From NCBI GenBank assembly GCA_964016885.1, contig OZ024740.1, positions 94,674,001 through 94,738,000 of the forward strand: DNA of 64,000 bases. The letters are read 5' to 3'. The notes beneath the pieces were generated by a model. That model had not been told where the DNA came from, made no database searches, and worked only from the letters and a program-made list of their open reading frames with translations. The translations under genes and the position numbers were made by a program. Source of the stretch: Eledone cirrhosa (lineage: Eukaryota). Shown here in pieces: positions 1-14,661 of this stretch (positions are counted from its first letter, which is position 1; every line of letters starts with the position of its first letter).

Positions 1-194
1 AGTAGATGGAAAAAAGCAAAGCGTGGACTATATTCCAAGCTATTGAGAAAATCACTGCCTACTGCGTCGGTCGCAAATTCAAAAGAATCAATCACGTGAC
101 ATCGAGGTCGTTCGGTGAAGAGTCCATCCACTGAATTATTTTTAATAAGTGCCCTGGGTCCACGTTTTGCCTGGAAACTTAGCTGAGAATTGTC

Positions 195-273
195 TTCCCT
201 GATGACGAAAGGCTTCTCAGTACGTTTCTTCGGAAAGTATGTTTATTCCCTTTCAGAAACTTATTAGTTGGAG
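195..273 (+). ncRNA. Type I hammerhead ribozyme-like motif with extended stem II
   Basis: ttcc-CTGATGA-c-gaaagg...cctttc-a-GAAA-ct(tatt)ag-TT-ggag; lies ~50 bp upstream of a (TA)n tract. Confidence 0.55.
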
Positions 274-319
274 TGAAATTTTAGTAAGTAAGTTAATTTT
301 ACAATTTTCTTATATTACG

Positions 320-517
<198 letters not shown>

Positions 518-1212
518 ATGTTCATAAATGAACACTGGCGAGAGTTTCAAGACAGTAAATAATCATTTGTACTCCACCAACACGCTAAAATAGAACATAA
601 GTGTAAATTAGAGAACATAGAAATAAAAATAGATTCTACTCACAGAATAGACGCAATCTTTAGACAAATCACAGAGGCAATAAACATAGATGAACTCGAA
701 CCACCATTAAATAGAAAACATGAATGGAATAGCCACATCACAACTTACAATTAAGGACAAAATGAAAACACACACACACATAGAACAAACAACCAACCAG
801 TAACATGTAAATAAATAAATAAATAAATAAACAAATATAATCACACACAGATACCCGGATGTAACACATGCCCAAACTAAGCACACAGTACACACAAAAA
901 CAAGATGGCGTAGAACAGAGCAAAGGAGAGGCACAAAAACAAAGAAAAGAATCCCGAGTCACTGAATCGGTCACATAATGTGTGACGAAAGAACTTTGAC
1001 AATATATGAACAATCGTCTGGTTGTGGAACCAACAACCAACCGGACATTTATAATTTCCTAACTTTATTAACTTAATGTACAATAAATTGAAGTCTGTGA
1101 AAGCAACTGGCTCGGGTGTTTCTTATTGGCAACATTACCCTCCCAAAGCATAACAAATATCGGTTTCAACACACGTTTTCAGATAAATAATCTTGCTAAA
1201 CAAATTCACAAG

Positions 1213-1213
<1 letters not shown>
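518..1213 (+). mobile_element. 3' fragment of PLE family A2 (end of GIY-YIG domain + pLTR)
   Basis: Translates [24 protein letters not shown]...RQITEAINIDELEPPLNRKHEWN; homologous to 16410-17030 (reverse) and to the family A C-terminus; degenerate HHR gtca-ctgaatc..gtcaca/tgtgac-gaaa..tgac at 958-1000; (TA)n both sides. Confidence 0.85.
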
Positions 1214-1276
<63 letters not shown>

Positions 1277-4200
1277 CATTTCTATTGTTATTAGCAGTAA
1301 TATGAGTGCTTCTCCACTTAATTCAATTTTCTTTACATTTCTACTGAGATTATTCCCTACTCTAGGAGATAGCAAACCACTGCTTACAAAAGATGATTGC
1401 ACCAGAATGTTCACATCATGCACTTGACAAATTTACACGTATAGCATTTGCTCTCTAGATGTTCACATTATCTGCTTAGAAACATACAGAGAGCAGAATC
1501 AAATTCAATCATATAAGAATGATAGATTATGTAAATATAATTATAGAACACAATCAATTAAAATTATTACATATATGATTATCATTTTACGTGTGATATG
1601 TGCCTTCTCAATAAGCACAAATAAGTTATGTTTCAAAGGTCTGGCGGAGGTCGCGAACGCGTCCCTCGCTTCCGCTATCTACTACAACCTGGTCGTCGTA
1701 CACATTCCTTGGACAGGTCTAACTGCATTTGAACGTCTATTATTTTGCTTTTTTGTAGAGGGGTGAGGTTCCTTTGGTCATGCTGTCCATCCACTGTCAA
1801 CACCCACTTACTAGTTGATTGGGTATGCCGTGGCTGATGATGCGCAAACATTAGCTGAGGTTACCACATCTCCAACGTTTGCTTGATGATGAACAGCTGA
1901 GGCCGTCGTTCGCTAAACATTTTTCTCCTCCACGATTAGTTAATTGAGCTGCAGTCTTGGATTAAGTGAGGATTGAGAGACTGGAATACTTTCAAGAGCT
2001 CACAGCCCACAGTCGTACCATCGGAAAAACCTGGAAATTAGCGTTATATCAAGGGTTAGTGGAGGGTAATAGCGATGACGTACATAGGGTGTGTCAGCGC
2101 CTTGAAACAAAAACAACTAACCACTCTTTTCGAGAGGACCTTTTGTCCCGAGCCCATATACAATTTTCAGAAACCCTTGGTCTGGCAGTGCTAACGAGAA
2201 GCTATCCCAATTCGAGAATAATTATACGGTCATGGAGGTGCCGTCAGTTAAGCCTGCTCCAAATGCATGCAGTAAAATGAAACCGTCCTGCATAAACGTA
2301 TGGTGTGTACGCGTATTGCATACCTGTGGTTTATGTCGAGCAGCAGCTGCCATGTTACAGATTAAACCTGAAGAGGAAATTGCTGCAATTCAAATATTTT
2401 GTTGAAAGGTGGACGAGAGTGGCGTGAAGGATCCGTGTGAATCGGCCGGCGTTGAGTATAGGCCAGCAGATTGGAGGTGATCGCATGGGAGAGTGCACTT
2501 TTCCCGGACAGTGTGATCATGGCTTTTGTGGTATATCTCAAAGAGTGAACATTTGATTCTACTCACATTTGTGGAATGTGATAGTTTTGATTCTTTAAAT
2601 GTTTATTTTCTTAGTTTCTGTTATATGTTTTAAATTACGCAAAAAGAAAACAGTTTCGTTCTGTACCGTCTTTTCCACAACCCCTCAGATACACGTACAT
2701 CACATATCTATATAGAATAGAATATTTTGAGGCAGAAATCTAAGTTTCAATATATCGGCAATTGAGATTCGATCTGTCTCCGACACAAACAAATTTTCCT
2801 GTGAAATTGCGATCACACCACCACTTGCACCAATAATGAAAATCTATGTGCATTCTACAATTAAATAGCATGTTCTACTTATATATACTACATCTAAACT
2901 ATAATAAATTAAAGAGTGCGGGACTTCGTACGGTTTATTTATTTTAATCCAGTTAGTAAAATAAGTTGGATTACTTTGAATAAATTATGAATGAATATTA
3001 TATAATTTATCTACTAAATTTCGTAGATGTTGATTAAATGTACTTTATTCTTTATTTGAAGATTCAATTCTTTAAAATGTTCAATTGTCAACACTTCCGG
3101 TTAGTGATCGCTTAAAATCACACTCATATATTTCCATCACAAATTATCTCCCAATGCAGTTTATATATAATATCGTTGTTTTAATGTATCATGGATTACG
3201 TTACTGATTACATAAGCGAGTGTAACGTTTGTTTTCGTTCAATTTCTGTGTATGTTTTTAATTGCGATGTTATTTGATGTATCATATCTACATGCATATA
3301 TATTTATATTCTCTTAAACAAAGTTACAAACGGGAATGAAAATATGAAAACATATGATATATACAAAACCTATGATATTTACAGTAGATTAACATAACGA
3401 TTATGTTTTAAATAACTTACAAATGCTTAGATAACATTATAAATTGCTCGCGATTCTGTCAGAAGGATATATTCCTTTAATGTCCAATATTATAGAAAAT
3501 GTTAAGGAAGAGTTGAACAACCGAGCCAACACCAGAGCAAAAATGCAGCAGTGGAGAATATTGGGCAAATCTAGTGATCTTTGAGGCAAGCCAGCACACT
3601 CGTAGTGTTACCTCGGGTGATGGCGAGACTAATATCAATATGCACACTACACATGCTAGCAGAAAACCACCCGATGGGTGGTTTTTCTGCTAGTTATACT
3701 AATATATACTAATTCTCATGCATCAAAGAAGTTCTATGCGTTTGATCGCTGTAATAATCATATAACAGCATATAAAACATTAACATTTTTGTTAATAACA
3801 TTCTAATTACATCAGCATTATTTAATCCTACATGTCATCATAACACTACTAATTCTTATACACATTTGGTCATATGTTTTCTTGGCGAGTAAAAGTGCAT
3901 TTCTTTTGAGAATTTGCTTTTTAATTTGAAAATCCTCTTCAGGATGAATCTATGGAAATTAAAGATAAGCGCATTGCCGGCGGAGGGTGGAATTCTCATT
4001 TAGTAATTACCAAATAAAGCAGTATTTAGGTAAATATGAGGAACATTTGCCTAGTATTCCTCACCTTTCTATTTAAGGAAGAATCATCGCTCTTTTCTAT
4101 TTGCTTTAATTGCATTTTATTCAAAATTCCAAAGCAGCATTTCATTAATCACTCAACGATGCGCCAGAGATGTAAAATGTAGGAATTCCCACAATTGTCA

Positions 4201-5201
4201 TGATAATTTATAAGGTATAGTTCATGTGGAAATCTTCATATATGACTGTACAAAGTAAACTGTGGATAGAAATAAAGTTGAGTATGGGTTCGCCGTCTTA
4301 GATTGTGGGATAACTTATACATATTCATCACTTTTTAAGATATTGTAACGTTCTTCATTGCGATATCCCGTCCCATCATGCAAATACAGGTGTTGCTATC
4401 GATGTTCTTCCAAGTGGCTAATTTACAGATGAATAAATGTTGAAATACGAACACGATCTAATTGAAAATAGGTCTAGACGAATATCCCCTTTCTTTTGCC
4501 ATTTTTTATTGTAACATATTTCCATACGTAAGTATTTAATAACTATTTAATGCGTTAGATAATACTGTCATCAATGGGCACCCCATCTCGAATAATTTAT
4601 CTTATTGGGGATACAAAACTTGCAATAGGGGATTATATATTCGGTTATTGTTCAGAAAACATCGATTAGCAACTCGCGATAACTGTTCGAATGTCTACTA
4701 ATATTACTTTTAATCAGTAAAACAGTTTTTATCTCAGAAGTATTTTTCTGAAGAGATAATCGTAACCATACGTTCATTGTAAAACAGTGTACGTAGTGAA
4801 ATGTGGATTCACGTTAAGGTTAACATAATTGCATGCCATACAGAGCGGTGGATTCTGAAATCACCGCTACACCAAGATGCATATTTCAATTTTAAAATCA
4901 GCAATATTTGGATTATGATTTAAACAAACATAAATCTAAAATATCAAAGCAAAATTACCCTCGGAAGCACAATGTTATTTTAGCGAAACAATTTTATGGG
5001 ACAATAGTAGAGACAGAAAAAAAAACATCTGGTACCAATTTATCTTGCAAATTTTGATTCGAAATATAGACTTTATCTTTGCTCCGTGTTGTTTATGTCA
5101 CTTTCATTTCATGTTTCCAATCTTTCCAAGCTTCATTTTCGAGTAAAAATGCATATGTACAGAGAGAACAACCCTTCTTTTCGCATGTTTTATAGTGCAT
5201 A

Positions 5202-5384
5202 CTAATTGTTTCTACCTTTGGCACAAGGCCAGCAATTACCCACTGGTACTTTATTTTTATCGACCCCGTAAGGATAAAAGGCAAAGGTAACCACGGCGGG
5301 ATTTCAACTCAGAACGGAAAGGTACGTAACTCTTTGCGCCAAAGCATGGCGTCCGACCCTCTACCGATACTGCCAACACACCAC
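5202..5384 (-). mobile_element. tRNA-type SINE (octopus-like family) with TSD
   Basis: Matches copies at 20920-21117 and 25186-25366; 18-bp direct repeat catg(t/c)tttatagtgcata at 5184-5201 and 5384-5401. Confidence 0.85.
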
Positions 5385-5652
5385 ATGCTTTATAGTGCAT
5401 AATAATGATTAAATAACATATAATAATGAATATTTGTTTAAGATAAAAGTAGCACAGTTTCTATATTTTCGCATTTCTCTCTAAATATAAGAGACATGAT
5501 TACAAAGGAGAAATAGGAGATTATGAGAGAGAAAGGAGATATTGTAATTGAATACATGAATATATGTGCATATACCTCTCTTTCTCTGTCCCTCGATTCC
5601 TCTCGCTCTGTCTGTCTCTCACTCTCCCTCTTTCTTTAGCTCTCTCTCTATT

Positions 5653-5766
<114 letters not shown>

Positions 5767-5819
5767 CGGAAGGTTAGTAATATCGAAATTATGGTTTATA
5801 TATAAAACTAAATACAAAA

Positions 5820-5990
5820 CAGAGTATAAATATTTAATATAGAAATGGCTTCTAAAAGACTAGAACTGTTTCATTCCGGAGAAATCATGAGGGCATCCAG
5901 GTGATTTCTCCCGAATAAGAGATATTTATACTCTGCTTTGTATTGAGTATCTTACTTACTGTGATTATCCCCGATTGAATGCGGGATAAA

Positions 5991-5992
<2 letters not shown>
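5820..5992 (-). mobile_element. Diverged family C pLTR/tail fragment with degenerate HHR
   Basis: gactagaactgtttcattc..aaatcatgag matches 11955-12002; tail tgtattgagtatcttacttactgtg on + strand matches 20497-20520. Confidence 0.6.
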
Positions 5993-6062
<70 letters not shown>

Positions 6063-6124
6063 CAATATATATATATATATATATATATTTACAAGTGAAA
6101 GGTGAGTAATATTGAAGTTATGGC

Positions 6125-6174
<50 letters not shown>

Positions 6175-6874
6175 CAAACCATATTAAACAAGTAGCAAAG
6201 TTAATCATTGTTATTAGTTGGACACATTGCAAATATAAACTTCCTTAATAAATTCCGCACACAAAGCGTGACAAGCACAAACAAATTTCATGTTTGTAAT
6301 ATAAAATATCGCTGTACGTTTTCCGTCCCTCCTCTCCAATATCTTCTTCATCCTCATGACCTTAATTATGATATCCTCCGATATTTAATGTTAATTCTTC
6401 TCAACACATGCAGTAACAATAGAAAGGTCAATATTAATTCTTGCTTTTAATAGGAAGTGTTGAAATTGATATCATACACACATTCCAAATAGTCATTATC
6501 CTTCCGATTTCCCTTTACTGGTTTCAAACATAATATTAGATTTTCTTTGTGTATGATTTCTAAATAAAACTGAATGAATGTGATGAATTATAACAGGAAT
6601 CGGGGGATTCAGTTTGTCATTGAAAACCATTCATTGAATCAAATTGAATTCGAAATAAATTTCTATCAACTGCAATATTAGAATTCTATAATGAAAAGGT
6701 GGTAGTATGATATTAGTATGGAAATAATGATACGATATTTTTGTAGCTATATTTGTATGACATTCATCATTTTGACAGTTTATTTTCTTTTAATATAAGT
6801 GAACCGAGAAACACTTAATTATCATCGTTAAAATTGCAATCAATGTATTCTCCAACAACACCTTGTTCAGGTGT

Positions 6875-7890
6875 CAAACTGTCTGTTTTAGGCACAAGAC
6901 AAACACAGATTTGGAGGAGGGGAAACATCAATTATATCGATCAGAGGCCATTAATTTTACTTTACACTATCGGCCACGTAAAGATGAAAGGCAAAGCTAG
7001 CCTCGGTGGACTGAACTCAGAACGTAAATGAACCTAACTCTATGCCGCAAAGCCTATTCTAAGACCGATACTGACAATCCACCAGTTATAATTGTTTCTA
7101 CATTGGGCACAAGGCCAGGAATTGTCCCAATGCATTAGCGGTACGTTATATTATCGACCCCATATGTATGAAAGGCACAGTTAACATCGGCGGGATTTGA
7201 ACTCAGGAGGCAAAGGGCCATAATTATATGCTGCAAGGCATGGTGTCTGACGATAATATTAATAATAATTATTATTTCTGGAGGGTCGGACTCCATGCTT
7301 TGAGGCATAGAGTTACGCACAAGGCTAGTCATTTCGGGGGTGGGGAAAGTCGATTGCATCCCCCGAAATGACTAGCCCTGTGCGTAACTCTATCATTACT
7401 GGAACTTTATTTTATCGACCCGTAAGGAAAAAGGCATATTTAACCTCAGCGGGATTTGAACTCGTAGCGTAAGAGCCATAACTATGCTGCAAGTGATGGT
7501 GTCTGACGATAATATTAATGACAATTATTATTTGTGGAGGGTCGGACGCCATGCTTTGACGCATAGTGTTACTGCCCTTGCCATTCTGAGTTCAAATCCC
7601 GCTGATGTTAACTTTGCCTTTCATCCTTATAGGGTCGATAAAATAAAGTACCATAAATACACTGGTCAATTTGCTGGCCTTGTGCCAAAAGTAGAAACAA
7701 TTATTTCTGCTTTTCGTATAAGGCCAGCAATTATCTTTGTGCATTACTGGTGCTTTATTTTATCAATCCCGTAATGATGAAAGACAAAGTTAACTTCGGC
7801 GAGTTTTGAACTTAGAACGTAACTTGACGTCCCTATACCTCAAATTATTTTGTCCGGCAGTCTAACGATACTGACAAAGCACTGCATTAA
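6875..7890. mobile_element. Cluster of ~6 nested SINE copies/fragments in both orientations
   Basis: Repeated ggcacaaggcc, ttttatcgacccc, gggatttgaactc / gagttcaaatccc (B-box) motifs separated by (AAT)n. Confidence 0.8.
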
Positions 7891-10800
7891 TAATAATAAT
7901 AATAATAATATCAGCGTTAGATATGTTCCCTATTCACTGAATTTTCTATCTCTTGTAATTTCCAAAACATCCCCAATCCTTATCAATTTCTTAAAAGAAA
8001 AGTTTGGCTTTTGAAAAATAGTATTTTCTTAAAACACATTAAAGGGACAACAAACTCACATAAAATCTCTATGCGAAGTATAATATTCCATGTGACTAAT
8101 CGATCCCTCACATCTCTTTCTCCTGAACAAAAAGAATACTACCTACTATGACAAAATTATCGAATAAATTTCACTCATCCCATCTATATGGATTATCTTC
8201 GCAAATGATTACAACATATTTGAGTTTCTGCTCCAGAGATTAATGCGCTCTAGCAATGATATAATCATAGATCTTATTCTTCATAAATGTTGCAAATTGA
8301 CATTGAAAGTAACACATTAATTGTACGTTCTAACATAGTTTTGGAAATTATAATAAATATAACAGAAAGTGCACAAGAAGATACTTACACATATGTTGGC
8401 GTCACTTAATGTGTGGAAATGGCATACTCAAATGAAAGAGAGTTTCAGTGAAAAATACATTAGGCTTGGTTATAAAATTCTAAACACTGAGCTCAGTTGA
8501 AATAATATAGTATTTACGATAAATAGCATAGCATTAGCTGTTGCTCATTATAGTTAGAACATGGACAGTAACATATATCTAAAGAACGGACACGGAAACA
8601 CGTAATCATCTCCCATGTTACGGTATACATAACTCTAGCTGATGCTGATAACTGTCCCTGACAGGATTTGTGGGAGACAACAAATAAAAACAGTTGGAAC
8701 TGACTTATAAGGAAACCACACCTGGCCTGCACCAATACTTGAAACAATCAATATATTTAGGTTTCAGACTGTAAAACAACACGAAACTAGCATACACGTT
8801 TAATTTGTGATAAAGAAAATTACTAAATATTAACGGGGAAATAACTATGAATAAAACTATGTCAAACGAAACTCTTCCAACCATAGCAGTAGCAGCAAGG
8901 ACCACAGACATAACATCAAAAGAAGGTTTTTTTTTTAAAAATAGTTAAAATAAGATTGCAAAAAAAGTCTATACGTTTCCTGTAGATGACTCAAATGATA
9001 CCAACTGATGTAAACAAAGCTCAGAAATATTAATTGCGGTTCTCTACAAGACTGAAAACTGAAGGTTTCATACTGGCTGCATGTATCATCAAACAGAAAG
9101 AAAAATGCACTTCAGCATATCACGGCTGTAACTGGTCATATCATTATTGTGGGATAAACAGTAAACAAGTGTCAAGTTAGTCTGATGGGTGTGGGCAGCT
9201 GACACTTTCTATCACCTCCAGCAAGTTAAGGCAAAGTTTGTTCATGTAATAATAATACAGAAGAGGATGATGGTGATGATGATGATGATGATGATGATGA
9301 AGGATATGGTGGTCGTTATGATGGTGTCGTTAGAGGTAAGGAGATGCTGGTTTTGATGGTGATGATGATGATGATGATGATGATGATCATTATGATGAAT
9401 TGAAACAATTTTGTTTCATCAGTTGGCAACAAAAGACGATTATACTATTGTTCCTCCGAGCTCACTCAATGGGACAGGGAATAATTGCTGTACTCATTGA
9501 ATGACTGGAAAACACAACTGGATGATTGTCGATATGAAAACCCACCCGCAATTCGCTGATCTCCTCAACATAATCAGTCCGACTAACAAATTCAACTTTG
9601 TCAGCAAATGTATTGTTATAATATTTCATAAACTTAAGTTTTTTCTTGTGAAATGTCATCATCGGAATAGTACAAGGTGGACATGACATATTGTTAAATA
9701 TGTCGGTTTGATTAATTGCGTAAATTAATTCATCTCAATTGCATCTTAAAATTTTAGATGATATTCTGATGCGATCAGTAACATAAACATAAAATGTTTC
9801 AATCAGATTCTGCTTTATTTAATAAGTGTATATTTAGAAACTTAGAGAACATTTGTTGCGGAGGTGATGACATTTCTTGCGTATAATACGAATATCTAAA
9901 ATTATTGTTCTGGAATACAGTATATACATTATAAAGTGACTTTGCAATACACATTACAGAAACTAACTAAACATCTGAAATCATTTAGTTTAACTCTTTA
10001 ATATGTATACAGAAACTTCGGCAAGATTCAAATCATATACATTCTCTTTGAAGTTCGTCAAAGGACGACATTATGCAACGATAATTGATTAAATTGACAA
10101 ACCTCTAAAAATAGAATATCTATAGTTATTGTCATTTACATATTTATTGTTTAAACTGCTAAGAATACACGCAATGGTTACATATTTTCAAGTCATCTAA
10201 TGCTTCCTCACAAAGAGACCGGACTCCGTTGGAACGAAGATGATATGATATTGTTGTGAATACATTTTTTTAAGCATTTAAACAGACATTCGGACTTAAC
10301 ACTTTTCACTTTCGGGAATATAAATTAATTCAAAGGAACAAAAATGTGAAAATAATATAAATGGCAATCTATTCAAATTTCATAAGCCGGGTATCATATA
10401 TATTTCATTATCTTTTACGGAAAGGAATACATGACACACAGTTATGTTTTTTGGGGAACATAGAGCATCTAGAGATTTAATGACTTCACATATTATGCAA
10501 AACGTATGTTTGCCTTAAATCTTCCGTTGTATTCAATGCGGATGAAGTATCTGGGGTGAAGTCAATTAACTACATCCCCATCACGTTAAAATCGAAATCA
10601 AATGAAAACGAAAACTTACTTAGAAAGAATTGATCAGTGGCATGTATAAACGATTATTGAAAAAAAAAAAATGTTTTATTTGGGATTTAAAAAATAATAA
10701 CCACAAAAGATTGTTACAAAATGGACCTACCCTTTCTGCATGTAAGTACTGGTTTGTTGACAGGCCCAAATTCATTGAAACAAATGCAGGAATCGTAAAC

Positions 10801-11240
10801 TCATGCAGACAAAAGAGTGCATTTATTCATTCGTTAAGGGAAAATCAAGCACACAGATACTATTGTATATGCGAATGAAAGTGCCAAACAGATGTTAACA
10901 AATCATAAATATAGCAGCAATATATACCATACCCGTTTAATTGTTTAATTTATTTGATAATGATTTAATGTGTGCACTGTAGCTATAGAAAAAAATAATA
11001 TGTTCACTTATGGTACCTTTCCGAACGTTTGACACTATAAACAAAAACGACATGTGTCTAAACAATCGAAAATATTTAATACTTTATTTCAAAATAAAAG
11101 TAAATCTAATAAGAGAAATGGACTAGAAAATCGTATAGCAGCCAAAATGTACTACTTGTATGCATAGTCCTTTTAACAGAACTATTTCGACGTGAATGTA
11201 AGAATTCAATATTTCATATGTAATTACAGGTATTGTAATG

Positions 11241-11329
<89 letters not shown>

Positions 11330-11803
11330 ATATATATATATATCCTAGACATAAATAGCATGAATAAATCAAGAATGAAATGAAAAGTATAGCTGGTATA
11401 TTGAATTATATTGGACCATTTGCCGATATTTAAAACGATGAAAACTTCAATATTTCTATGCAACTTTATATTAGTTTGGCTAATATGTTTTGCAGACGCG
11501 TGTTATTATGTTACTGCACTTAATACAATGAAATTATTGATTATTTTAATCTGAAAAATTGTCTGAAAATTTGGTCTAATACATCATAAGAAAATATTTT
11601 AGAAAACATAAAAGAGGAAAATTGGTAATGAATAATGACAACAAAAGATTTATTACAAAATGAAATAATCTCGGGAGACGGAAAACAAATATACACTTTC
11701 AGATTTGGAATTATTAAGTGATTCTCTTCAAATGAGTGTTACAACAATGTGTGTGCGATTTATATATACATATGTATATATATATATATATATAGAAATA
11801 TAT

Positions 11804-11868
<65 letters not shown>

Positions 11869-11870
<2 letters not shown>

Positions 11871-12370
11871 GTTATTCCGGGTTGAATCGGAGGTAACCAC
11901 AGTAAGTAAGGTACTCAATACATAACAGAGTATACAAGTTTTAATATATATGATATTCTACAGGACTAGAACTGTTTCATTCTTTAGAAATCATCAGGAA
12001 TCTCGGTGTGGTATTTATAGGAATAAGTGTGGTATTTATAGGTATCTTCAAGTGGTAGGAGAGTTTAGGGAGTGGGATGGGTGTAGGTCATTGGTTGATA
12101 GAAAAGGGAATTCATTAAAAGCTAATTCCTCAAAGCTATAGTTTATTTTTAGAGTAACATTGGCAGAAAGAATGCTATAAACAAATGCAGGATGGGGTGC
12201 CACTCCTTATTTTTAAGTTTATCTTAAGCTAACAGGTGTCTATAAGAACAGTGGGGTCAGTCATGGTTGATGGATTTAAAGGAAAGGGAGATAATTAAAA
12301 GCTAAATTATTTCAGGTTCTACTAAATGGCAATGGCCTAGAGAATTCTGTATACAGATTCAAAATATTGA
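11869..12370 (-). mobile_element. Family C PLE-type pLTR fragment
   Basis: Homologous to 20176-20549 and 40238-40442; 3' end abuts (TA)n; far boundary approximate. Confidence 0.7.
11955..12002 (-). ncRNA. Type I hammerhead ribozyme (family C)
   Basis: Reverse strand attc-CTGATGA-tttc(taaa)gaat-GAAA-cag(ttctagtc)ctg-TA-gaat. Confidence 0.8.
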
Positions 12371-12501
12371 GTGCATATCATATGATTATCTTCAAATTTC
12401 TCTTAAACTATTCAACTATATGCCAAGAATCAACAGACACATTCACAAACACACTCACTCACACATTCGCGCGGACCCACAAACACCCACACATGCATAT
12501 A

Positions 12502-12549
<48 letters not shown>

Positions 12550-13699
12550 TATACATATATATATACATATATATTTATTCAGGTTTGAGGTTCACCACTG
12601 TATAGAGCTGGTCTATTCCGTATGGTCAATCGTAATGCAATAATAAAGAGAGTACTCAACGTAAAGCTTGACTGTGGTCTGACATTAATATCGACCTTTC
12701 TTCCTCTTTCTTTCTATCTTCCTTCTTGTAGCCATCAACCCTTACTTTTCTACTTCTCTCTTCTCTTCCTTCTCTTCTCCCCTCTTCCTGTCTTCCTCCG
12801 CAGACTTATTTTCCATCCCCCACTTGCTTGCCTATATCTGACCGGTAGTAGTTGCCTTTCTTCTTTTAGCTGACATTAACCCTGGCTTCTCTTCTTCTTT
12901 CTTCCCCCTTATTCTCTCTCCTTCCTTTCTTTCTTTCTTTTACCTTGTGTCATGAGATCGACGTTAACTTATGCTCCCATCCCTTTCTGTTTTCGTTTAT
13001 CTGACCGGTAGTAGCATAATATAAACTTTAGCCACGTCACTCCAGGGCGACCGGCTGAGGTTGAAGGAACAGAATAGCGGTCGCCCTCGGGTCCCCGATT
13101 GTCAGCCCCATGGATTTTATCTATTACATTCACGTATTATATTTCGAATACCTGATGATATCACCGGATTCATACGGAACCCGGTCATTGAAATGATCAT
13201 AGTAAAATAAACCTTTCAAGGATTTACACAAATCCAGCCTCCTGTCATTTCATTATAATATTTAACTCCGTAATAGCACCACCAACTACAAACAAAAAGA
13301 AGGTTGAACTGCTTTACGTTGAGTACTCTCTATGTTATTGCATTACGATTGACCAAACGGAATAGACCAGCTCTATACAGTGGTGAACCTCAAACCTGAA
13401 TAAATAATGCTCCTGAAATGTTGAGCACTTCAAAATGTAATAATCAACAGCGGCATGGGACTGAATATATCTAACCACAATTCGAACTTTGGCTACCCGG
13501 TGTTTACGCCTGGCCCATTGCTACTCCCCTCACGGAATATCCTAACTTCGACGAAACTCCACGGACTAGACCATAACATGTATTGTACTGCACTGTATTA
13601 ACTAAATGGCTACCCTATACTTCTGGGCATGTATAACTCACAATGAACTCCCAGACTCGAACACACACTGTTTCCACATCTATATGCATTATCTGACTG

Positions 13700-14400
13700 C
13701 AACTTGAACTATATTGTATTTCTCCTGTGTCTTGAACTCTCCCTTTAATAGACAACGACTCTTGTTTGTTTATTTATATCTTTACATCTTTATTTGCTGT
13801 ATTAATGCTCCTCCACGTATTCTACCTCTATACATCCATGTACTTTCTACTTCCCTTATTCGGACTTTTACTCGCGTGTACCCTTAGCACACGTCACTGG
13901 AATATCTCCCCCTGGGAACATAAATACGGCAACCTGAACTATATTGTATTTCTCCTGTGTCTTGAACTCTACATTTACTAGACAACGACTTTTGTTTGTT
14001 TATCTATATCTTCACATCTTTGTTTGCTGTATTAATGCCTTTCCACGTACTCTACCTCTATACATCCATGTACTTTTTACTCCCCATATTCGGACTTTTA
14101 CTCGCGTGCACCCTTAGCACACGACACAGGATTGCCTCCCCCCACCCAGGAACATAAACACTGCAACCTGAACTATATTGTAATTCTCCTATGTCTTGAT
14201 TTTTCCATATTACTCCAACTCCACTCTTGTTGGTTTATTTACATGTTTATACCTATATATTGATATGTTTATATATTTATACCTCTGCTGTACCAATGTG
14301 CTCTTCCACGTATTCCACTTCCATGTAACCATGTATTTCTACTCCTCACATTGGGACCTGTACCCATTAGCACACGACACTAGAATGTCTCCTCCTGAGA
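13700..14400. repeat. Three diverged ~230-bp tandem repeats inside element D
   Basis: gcaac(c/t)tgaactatattgta at ~13698, ~13929, ~14163. Confidence 0.8.
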
Positions 14401-14661
14401 ACAAAAAAAAACATTACACGACTATATCCCGTACTCTACATCCCACTAGGATAAATTACAGGTCTACATAATACAATTAACGTTTCTTCATAAAAAAAAA
14501 CTCTATTTAATTAAACACCGCAACCCAAAACCTCATAGAAGTTATTTGAATGTTTAATCTTCAATTTTCTGTTTGTTCAATTCTCAATCTTCTTACTCCT
14601 TAGTTTTATAATGTTATTCTGAATTCTTTCAACTTCATCCGATAGAGTTAAGCAAAATGCT

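Noticed and set aside
1620-2520. GC-richer block with ORF 1966-2280
   Set aside because: No motif or repeat partner recognised; possibly an old transposon remnant
3656-3693. 17-bp hairpin resembling an intrinsic terminator
   Set aside because: Isolated, eukaryotic context, no associated gene
8514-9689. Short minus-strand ORFs near (GAT)n suggesting host exons
   Set aside because: No recognisable domain, frames broken by stops, no supportable splice structure; needs RNA-seq or BLASTX
13045-13089. agggcgaccg/cggtcgccct hairpin with ctgagg inside as a second ribozyme
   Set aside because: Stems II and III cannot be drawn convincingly
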